Shown here: positions 48,273 through 57,024 of the stretch, piece by piece | How positions within the stretch are numbered: the first letter of the stretch is position 1 | Layout: the number at the start of each line of letters is the position of its first letter | DNA from: Elsinoe ampelina | Lineage: Eukaryota | Assembly (NCBI GenBank): GCA_010093995.1 | Contig: ML992504.1 | Location: forward strand, 1,956,726 to 2,013,749 | Direction of reading: 5' to 3' | Length of the DNA stretch: 57,024 nucleotides | Notes under the pieces: generated by a model | What the model was told of the DNA's origin: nothing | What the model saw: the letters and a program-made list of their open reading frames with translations, nothing else | Database searches by the model: none | Translations under genes and position numbers: made by a program

Positions 48273-51200
48273 ATAGTATCCTAGCAAGAACTATAGGTCT
48301 CCCCCTAGGTTTTCTATCCTTACCTAGTAGAAGAAACACCCTTTAAGTACTTCTAGTAGTTTAAAGTAATTATCTATATAGATTATAGATTTACTATAAT
48401 CCCTAATTAGGTCACTTTCTACCTAAAGAAGTATTACTCTTCCCTAGCAAAGGATAGATAGTAGAATATTATTAGTATAGTAGGAGATATACTAAATTTA
48501 GCAAGGAAGAAATTAGATATCTAGTACCTCTACTCTATAGCAGAAGCAATTCTAGAACTACCTATTTAAGGTCTAGGCTTTAAGTGTGTCTATAGAGATA
48601 CTTAGGAAGGATAGTATAGCTATATTACCTAGCATGTTAAGGTTATATAATAGCACTATAGCTAGAAGTATAACTAAAAGAGTAATAAGTCTAGGGGAGA
48701 GAGTAAGGCTTAGAGAGTAAAACTAAAAAGTAATAAGATATAGGTTAGTAGTATCTAGAGCTAGAAGTTCTTTTAGGATAAAGCCTAGTAAAAGTCTTTT
48801 TAGGTTTAAGTCCTAGATATAGAAGTAGTATAGGAAAGACCTAAGGATAGAGTTAATATATAGTTAAGAATCTATTAGAACACCCTAAGTAGAAGAAACA
48901 ACTAGAAGGTTATTTAAGGTCTAGGAAACAGATATAAAGTTAATCCCTAGCTAGAAATAACAGGTTAGATCTAGTATCTTATAGAATTTAAGTAGCTCTA
49001 GGTCCTATAGGCTATTACTCCCCCTAGTTAGAATTCTATCCATTAGCTATATTAGCTCCCTAGAGCTAGAACATCCTATAGTTATAGGATAAAGCATAGA
49101 GTATACCTAATAATAGAGAAACAAGTAGAAGCTTAAGGACAAGTATAAGCTAAGAAAAATAGTCGCTTTAGGCACTTTACTAATTAGGAAGTATAAGAGA
49201 GAGATACTAGACTACTAAGAGCTAGCAAGGCAACTAGCATACTTATTAGACTCTATATAAAGACTACTAAGTAGTCTATAGTAGGAAATATAGTTCTAGA
49301 GTTTATTAAAAGACTAGAGGTTAGCGGAAGTAAGGACTAGTAACTATTCTATTCTAAGTATAAAGTTAGTACTATTAGGAACTATACTAATGTTTAGGTA
49401 AAGCTACTAAGGTTTATCTAGAGGACCTAGGACCTAGCTAAGAGAGATAGACTAGGATATAAGCTACTAACTACATAGAGGACATTTCTAATAAATATTA
49501 TAAACTTAGTAAGACGAGATAATAGAGATAATAATATTAGGAGCTAACTAGTTAAGAGTCTTAGGCAATTCTAGCTGTCTATGTTCTAGTATAAGCTTAG
49601 TAATAATTATTATAAAAGTGCTCTAGTTAGTAGACTTACTATTCTTAGCTTAAACACTAAAGATAGAAGCTAGGCTAGACCTAAGAACTTTAGCTCTACT
49701 ATTGTAGCTCTAGTAACTATTAGTAAGGCACTAGTAGTTAGATAAGTATAGAAGTAAAGGAAAAATAAGATAGATAACCTAGTTAAAGCTAAGGAGCTTA
49801 ATAGGTCTAAGGCTAAGGAGATAGTACTAGGAATTCTTATAAGGGTATAGGAGATAGTCTAGAAGTTTATAGCTATTACTAGCTTCTATAGGCGACTAAA
49901 TATAATAGACAGGCTAGTTAGGATACTTAAGTATAGTAGGGAGGTTAGGAATACTACTAAGGGTCTAGCTAGAATTACCTAGAAAGGTAAAGTAATTATA
50001 GTTAATAAGGTTAAGTTCTCTATACTTAACCTAAAGATAACTATTTATAGGTTACTAGTAACCTGCTAGAGGCATATAAGGATTAACTTAATACGTTTAG
50101 GAGAGGAAGATAAAAAGGGGTAAGAACTACTATCCCTAGAGCTTAGAAACCTATAGGACTCTCTAGGAGAGATAAGGGAAAGCTTTAGCTTTCTTACTCT
50201 CTAGAGTAATTAATAGTCTATAGATAGGTTATCCTAGCTAGCTTAGAGGCTACTAAGGTACATTAGTAGACCTTAAGGTAGCAAAGGCTTTCTCCTAAAC
50301 TAGGATATAGTTAAGGAATAAGTCTCTTAGCTTAGGAAATTCAAGGAAGAACTATTTGTCCTAGTATATCTTACTAGAGGCGCTTCTACTAAGGGCACGG
50401 AGATAGTTAGTATTAAGTGCTAGAATAGCCTTAATAGGAGAATAGGCAGGGGAATATTCCTAGATAGAGGCCTAGTTAGCTTTATGTTATTCTATTATAA
50501 GGTATCTAGGATTAAGAGTAGAGTAAGGATAGTATATAGATATATCCCTTAGGAAGTTAGCTAGTTAGTAGTATATTATCTCTAGCTTATAAGACCTTTT
50601 AGTAGGTAGCTAGATAGCTTCTAGAGAGGCAACTATAAGGATAGTAAGTATCTCTAGAAGTTAGAACCTAAGGCTAAGTAGAGTAATAAGGAGGTAGAAG
50701 ATTATAGCTCTAGGTCTAACAGAGAAGAACTTATAGATGTTACTAGTTAAGATAAAGAGGTAGGAGAGTTAGTAGAGACCTTACTACTAGAACTACTAGC
50801 TAGATAGCCTAAGAACCTTAATAGATTCTAGAGCACTAATAGGAGAAGAAGAGTACTTAGTAGAGAGACTTCTAGTTATATAGGGGCTAGGATTACTATA
50901 GCATCCTAGAGGCAGGTCTACTCTACTATCTAGAGAAACTATACTAGAGATATATCTACTAGGGCCGTCTTAGATAATCTATTTACCTATAAAGAGGGAG
51001 CTTAGGTAAAGGGCTCGATAGAAAAGAGTAAAGAACTATCCCTAAACATTAGGGAAAAGTAGTTAGGCTATAGTAAGTAGATAAAAGAGTTAGTATATAG
51101 GATTCTCTACTCTAAGTCTCTTAATAGTACTCTATTAGAAAGAGAAGACTTTAGGAAGGTTAGTATAGATTAGTATAAGTTCCTAGGCTTCTCTTCTATA

Positions 51201-52767
51201 CTAGAAGATTCTATTAAAGGCTCTAAGGCTAGAAGACAAGAAGAACTTTAGCTTAAGGTAGACTAGTTCCTTCGCTAGAAGAAGATTAGGGCTATCTAGC
51301 TTACCTAGGCACTATATTAACTCTATAGGCTAGGTGCTATATTCTAGGGCCTATAGAAGAAAGCTCTAAAGACTATTATTAAAAAAGAGTAGAGGCTTAT
51401 AGTAATTATAGATATAGGAAAGAGAAAGAGCTTATTATTTATACTACTAGTAAAGGTAGTCCCTAGGGGCCTAATAGTAGTTATTATTCCTCTTATCTCT
51501 CTAAAGGATAATCTAAAGAGAAGGTATAATTAGTCTAGTATTAGGAGTGCTAAATAGTTTAGTAAGAAGTATACCTTCTAGGCAGACATTATCTTTGTTA
51601 TTCTAGAATTAGCTATTACTAAGGAATTCTAGAGGTTCCTAGAGTCTAGGAAGCTTATAGGTAAAGTAGATAGAATTATCCTTAATAAGTGTTATATACT
51701 CCTAGACTCTCTTATAGGCTAGAGACTAAAGATGCTAGAGCTAGTAAGTATAGTAGATAAGGGGATATAGCTAATCTTCCTTATAGCTATAATAAGGCTA
51801 AAGAATAAACCTAACTTGCTTACTATTATAAATCTTAGAGAGGAAGATCTAAGAATTATAAGGGAAGAGATAAGTAGAAAGAACCTAGAGTATAGAGTAT
51901 TAGAGTATAATAGATAGGATAAAGTAATAGAAGTTAGGAGGGTAGTTAAGTAGAAGCTAAGAGAGTATAAGTAAGGGAAGATTATTATCTATATTAGAGA
52001 TATTAGGTAGAGTAACCTAATAGCTAATAATCTTAGAGTTAAGGTCTATAATACTTAGATTAGGTTAGAGAAAGTTAAGAAAAGAGTACTAAGGAGACTT
52101 TAGGAAGGGAAAGAGAAAGTATAGGTCGCTAGTAATGCCCTAGGTATTAGGCTTAATATACCTAACATTAGAGTAGTTATTTATATATATATAAGGAGTA
52201 AGATAAGAAACTATATCTAGGAAAGTAGCAGGGTAGGTAGGGATAGCTAGAAGAGTAAGGCTATTATTATAGAAGCTTTAGTAGGGCATAGAAGCTTTAG
52301 TAGAGCATAGGAGAGGCAGGATTTAACTAGGAAGAGGCTATATAGAGGCTAAGATAAAGAAGTACCTTAGTAGAGACTCCTATAGGTAAAAGGTCATTAA
52401 TAGGGAGATAGATAGTAGAGGTAATAGACTAGGGTATAAGATTAGAAAGCTAAGGTATAATATATATTAGAGAGTGTTAGTAGGCCCTAAGAGAAGAAGG
52501 ATTATAGTATAGAATTCTAGGGACTACCTAAGTCTAGGCTAGCTTTAGGGACATTAGGAGAAAGTTATATAGAGTAGAGAGAGTTTATATAGCATATAGG
52601 AAGTATAGGACTTAGTAGATATAGAGAGAAAGGAGTAGGAACTATCTAGGAAAATTATAGAGTTATAGAGGTAAGAGGCAGCCCTTAGGGAGAGAGAGGA
52701 AGCCTTAGGGATTATTAGTGTAGCTTAGGAGAATATTAAAATATTAGAAGAAAAGCTTAAGAATTAG
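48273..52767 (+). pseudogene. RIP-destroyed telomere-linked-helicase-type gene: DUF3505-like Zn fingers, tyrosine-recombinase-like domain, RecQ-like SF2 helicase
   Basis: De-RIPed motifs in one frame: TGGAPARGTE (50373), YHK (50493), WRQ (50907), QSGH-x8-YG (51060), GTGEGKS (51411), DECH (51684), LTAT (~51780), ALG.GLD.PDIR (~52137), QESGRAGRDG (52218). After a +1 shift: CR..MDG..C..CD.C (~52381-52467). Confidence 0.88.
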
Positions 52768-54229
52768 CCGGAGTTCCCTAGGTATTCTACTCCTGGACAC
52801 TATATGTCTTAGGAGGAAGGGTACATTCCAATGGTTTTACCAGAGCAGGGTTAGGGTATTTTCCTAGATTCCAATGGGATTCCTGACCTCCATTCTTTTG
52901 CTTTTTCTTCCATTTTTTCTTCTTGAAATTCTCAGATATTACTCACGTTATCTCAAGCTTCCATGATTCTCAGTATCATCCAGAATGATCCAGTATTGCT
53001 CTCAGAATTATGGTCATAGTATGCCTGAAATGTCCTGAAAATGTTTTGAAGTTCCCGAGGAAATGCGGGGTACAGGCCTTGGCAGCTTTGGTCCTGGCAG
53101 CCAGGAACACCAGAGTACCCCTATGAAACCAGCAGCGCCCAGGCAGACCAGCAGACACACATAGAATACATGCTGAAGTAGGGTGATTTTCCTAGCAGAC
53201 ATAAGGTCTGACAATCATGAATAACTGCATGGAATTCATGATGTATGCCTGAATACCTAAACCTAAGAATTGTCAGGAGGACACCTGGGCCCAGGAGCCT
53301 TGATTGATAAGATTGACAGCCAGGATCTTCAGTATGAACACCTGCCTTTTTTCCTGTCTTTGTCCATTCCATCTACTTCCTAGTATTCCCCCATGATTTC
53401 CCTTTGTCTAGCCCTCTCAGAACAGCTAGATCAAAATTCAACAGCCTTTCATGATACTCAATTAAGATCTAGTAAGCATATCATACAGACAGGAGTCGAA
53501 ATGGAATTCTTGGGGGCCATAGCTGTGCTGGGATACACAGCCACCGTCATAAGTTCATTAATCCAAAGGTTTGGTCTATTATTCTTATTGCATCACCTAT
53601 TGTCATATTGCCCTAGGCAACAATAAGCTCTCATATGAAATTGTCAGGAAACATTCCTAGGTTGGCCCCTGGCACCCAGGCACAGGTTGATACATTCTGA
53701 GTCTCCAGGGCATGTGAACCTGAGCATTTCACATGCCATATTCACATGCTCCTTTGTTATTATATCACCCTTTGTTTCATATGCCCAGCCACCTAGCATG
53801 ACTTACAGATCTCATATATCTCTTTCATTCCCTCCAGCTTTCTTCCTTCCTCTTCTCATCACCTTCATCACAGTAAGTTTGCCCCATCACAGCCAGATCC
53901 TCATCCAGTCCCTTCAAGAGAGTCAAAGCAGCCAGAGATGCCACCACAGAGATCAAACAGCCTTCAATTAGCTCCAGAAAGAACCAGCTTTACAGCTCAC
54001 CTACAGCCTTTACAGCCTTTACAGCTTTTACAGCTTTTACAGAGCTTTTCACCAGCAAGAGATGGATATCCCTGGGGTTCCTTCACTTTAACAAGCTCAG
54101 CAGCCTTCACAGCAACATACATAGCTTCAGTCAGCCCACAGATCTCATCTCTGCTGCCTTGACTCTACTGAGAGACCTTGGAAGAGGACCTTTGGTGAAT
54201 GTGAGCCTTCCTAAGAACCCTGACTGACC

Positions 54230-55222
54230 ATGACTCCCAGCACTAGCCCCCTGGCCCTCCCGCAATTTTGCCCTGCCCTCCTGAACAATTCCCTGAGCCC
54301 AGTGCTCCCAGCAACCATCATGGCTCCCAGGGCCCAGCACCCTAGGACTCCTGTCAACCTCCTGAACACCACTGGCAACAAGGTCACCAACCTGAACCTC
54401 CTAAGTACGTCCTGAACTCCTGACCTGACCTGAATGTACTGACAATTCCAGGCTTTGCCCAGGTCCCCATGACCCTAGGATTTGCCCAGCAGGTCCAGGC
54501 CAACCTCCATGGGCTCAGCTCCGCCCAGCGCGACACCCTGGATCCCCAGGTCAAACCCCTGATCAATCAGGACCTCCAGCATTTCAGCAAGCCCGACCCT
54601 GAGTTCCAGCTCAACCAGCCTATTGTCCTGAGGAACCCTGGGACTGTCATGAACCTCTCTGGATCCAACACCAACTACCTGGTTTCCCTGCTTGTCCATG
54701 GCGCTGATGGGCATACTGTCCACCCAGCTGGTCAGGAATGCACTTCCTGTGCCCAGGGGAACGGCAAGTACAACTCCTGTGTCACCATGAGGACTCCTGA
54801 TGGCACTGTGCTCCTGAGGGGTTCCTGTACCAACTGTGGCTTCCAGAACAATCATCATGGCTGCAGCTTGTCCAGTACGTGTTCCTGAGTTTCCTGATCG
54901 ATCCTGACTGACATGAGTCCCAGACTACCAGAGAGCTTCCAGACGCCCCTCTACTGACCCCACCCCTGTGCGTCCTAGGGCTTCTGGACCCATGAGACGC
55001 CTCAGAGGTCTCCTGACCGACGATGAGGCTACCAGGGGCTTCCTGATTGAGCTTCCTGACGACTCTGACCCTTCTGAGAACCAGCGCGCCCTGGACAATT
55101 TCCTGGCTCTCCTGGACGATATCAAGGCTCAGGTGACCACCCTGAGGGACAGGGGCTACCTGGTGGAGCAGGACGAGCTCCTGGATCTCACTGAGTCCAG
55201 GCTCATCTTTGATGAGGCTTAG
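54230..55222 (+). CDS. Cys-rich DUF3716-like protein, intact; exons 54230-54404, 54452-54874, 54924-55222 (alternative ATG at 54319)
   Basis: CTSCAQGNGKYNSCV..GSCTNC..GCSL fits the DUF3716 Cys pattern; two GTACGT..CTGAC..CAG introns join three ORF-track pieces in frame. Confidence 0.75.
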
Positions 55223-56137
55223 GGCTAGTCAGGATCACACATGGCCTCAGGGCAACTTCAGGGGATGTCAGGATGGAGCAGCTGGCTCTCCTAGTTTTCT
55301 TGAGTGCAGGGTAAGCAAGTGGCTTTCCTGGGGTTTAGATAGCTTTTTCTGAGTGTTCTGGATGTCATGACAGGCCAGCAAGCTCCTGGATATCATGACT
55401 CTAGTTCTAAATCAGAAATCTTCACTGACAGTCTATTGAATTTCCTGGTGTTCCTGTGATACATGGGTGACATGGTGTCTTCCTGATATGCCTGAGCCTT
55501 CTGACCTCAGGTTAGAATTCTGAGCTTGGCTGAGAGTCAGGGCAATCTCAGGGTCTTCCTGTGATTCATGCCTGACATGATATCCTCCTGATTCGCCTGG
55601 ACCTACTTACCTTAGGATTTCAAGCCAAGCATTTCTGACCATCAGGGTGGTTGCCCTGTGCCACTGGGGTATCCTGATCTGCCTGAGCCTACTATGTACA
55701 GGGGCCTTGTTATTGGCTAACACAAGTGTAGTCACCGTTTTGCCTAATCCTATCTGATCGGCGAGAATTCCTCTAGTCAAGCCGTCCTTGCGTTCTTAGT
55801 TGAGCATGAAGCCTGCTCTAACCCTAAAAAACTTAGACTGTATTTTTTTGATTCATGTCCAGCATAGTAGCTTCCTGATTTGTCTGGGCCCACTGGACTC
55901 AGGGCCCAAACCCTGAGTCCCCTAACTCCAGAGCTCACTCTATACTATACTACCCGCAGCTACGTCTTAGTCTACCAAACATCTGAGATCCACTGTCCCT
56001 TAGAACCTTAGAAGAGCGGTCTGGGGCTTCAGAGGTTCTCTGATAAAGGTCAAGTCTCCATGTAGAGTACTAAGCTTTGTATAAAAGGTACTACTATTCA
56101 ATACTTCCCAGATCTATTCAGTTTACTCCTATCTACT

Positions 56138-57024
56138 ATGGCATCCCAGCAAGAACTACAGGTCTCCCCCCAGGTTTCCTATCCTTACCTGGTAGAAGGA
56201 ACACCCTTCAAGTACTTCCAGCAGTTCAAAGTGATTATCTATATAGATTGCAGGTTTGCTGTGATCCCTGATCAGGTCACTTCCCACCTAAAGAAGTATC
56301 ACTCTTCCCTAGCAAAGGATAGGCAGCAGAACATTATCAGCATAGCAGGAGATATACCGAATTTAGCAGGGAAGAAATCAGATGTCCAGTACCCCTACCC
56401 TATAGCGGAAGCAATTCCAGAACTACCTATTTAAGGTCCAGGCTTCAAGTGTGTCTATAGGGATACTCAGGAAGGACAGTGTGGCTACATCACCCAGCAT
56501 GTTAAGGTTATGCAACAGCACTGCAGCCAGAAGCACAACTGGAAGAGTGACAAGTCCAGGGGAGGGAGTAAGGCTCAGAGAGCAAGACTAAGGAGTAATG
56601 AGATATGGGTTGGTGGCATCTGGAGCCAGAAGTTCTTTCAGGATAAAGCCTGGCAAAAGTCTTTCCAGGTTCAAGTCCCAGATACAGGAGTAGCACAGGA
56701 AAGACCTAAGGATGGGGTTGATGTGTGGTTAGGAATCTATCAGGACACCCTGAGTAGGAGGAACAACCAGAAGGTCATTCAAGGTCCAGGAAACAGATAT
56801 GAGGTCAATCCCTGGCTAGAAATGACAGGTTGGATCCAGCATCTTACAGGATTCAAGCAGCTCCAGGTCCTACAGGCCATCACTCCCCCTGGTCAGGATC
56901 CTGTCCTTCAGCCATATCAGCTCCCTGGAGCTAGAACATCCCATGGTTACAGGATAAAGCATAGAGCATACCTGATGATAGAGGAACAAGCAGAAGCTCA
57001 AGGACAAGTACAGGCTGAGAGAGA
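56138..57024 (+). pseudogene. 5' part of the recombinase-helicase gene in copy 2; one premature TAA at 56432-56434
   Basis: TATAAAAG at ~56080 and ATG at 56138; Zn-finger patterns (C)xDC..HLKK.H and C..CGY..MQQHC..H.W, then EVNPWLEMTGW..HL. The frame is open to the window end apart from one stop, consistent with CAA>TAA. Confidence 0.85.

Larger units (their letters stand above)
45055..52767 (+). mobile_element. copy 1 (heavily RIP-mutated) of a ~7.7-kb element carrying a DUF3716-like gene and a recombinase-helicase gene
   Basis: Aligns by eye with 52788-57024 over 45055-49160, mostly through C>T/G>A differences. Confidence 0.85.
52788..57024 (+). mobile_element. copy 2 (lightly mutated, runs off the window) of the same element
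   Basis: Direct repeat of copy 1; keeps CpA/TpG dinucleotides and nearly intact ORFs. Confidence 0.88.

Noticed and set aside
48273..52767. Starship captain (DUF3435) or Helitron Rep/helicase
   Set aside because: The helicase motifs are SF2/RecQ (DECH, QESGRAGRDG), not PIF1/SF1; no HUH Rep motifs; the architecture does not match a stand-alone captain recombinase.
55818..55827. CTAACCCTAA as an interstitial telomere or evidence of a chromosome end
   Set aside because: Under two repeat units, so expected by chance; there is no telomere array in the window, and a subtelomeric location stays unproven.

Overview
Filamentous-ascomycete (Pezizomycotina-type) genomic DNA with short introns and two assembly gaps. 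A ~41 kb GC-balanced gene block (~2.9-44.1 kb) lies between two AT-rich, RIP-mutated repeat blocks. The left block is the 3' part of a dead Ty1/copia retrotransposon with its 3' LTR. The gene block holds, in order: a THI5/ThiY-like binding protein, an MDR reductase, a pinin-like protein, a GRAM/VASt (LAM) lipid-transfer protein, a probable Atg38/NRBF2 orthologue, a frameshifted F-box-like gene, CPA1/arg-2 with an intron-split arginine attenuator uORF, a TMEM184/OSTalpha protein, ITC1, ALG8, a tiny S/N/G/Y-rich protein, a frameshifted P450, a GH47 mannosidase, a GH10 xylanase, a Zn2Cys6 factor, a PDC-like decarboxylase and an OPT transporter. The right block has a 17-bp minisatellite and then two head-to-tail copies (period ~7.7-7.9 kb) of one element. 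That element carries a 3-exon DUF3716-like gene and a long gene of the telomere-linked helicase type. Read with RIP changes reverted, the long gene is a Zn-finger (DUF3505-like) / tyrosine-recombinase-like / RecQ helicase fusion. This candidate recombinase-helicase mobile element is the most interesting thing in the window. All family assignments come from reading motifs by eye; no searches were run.
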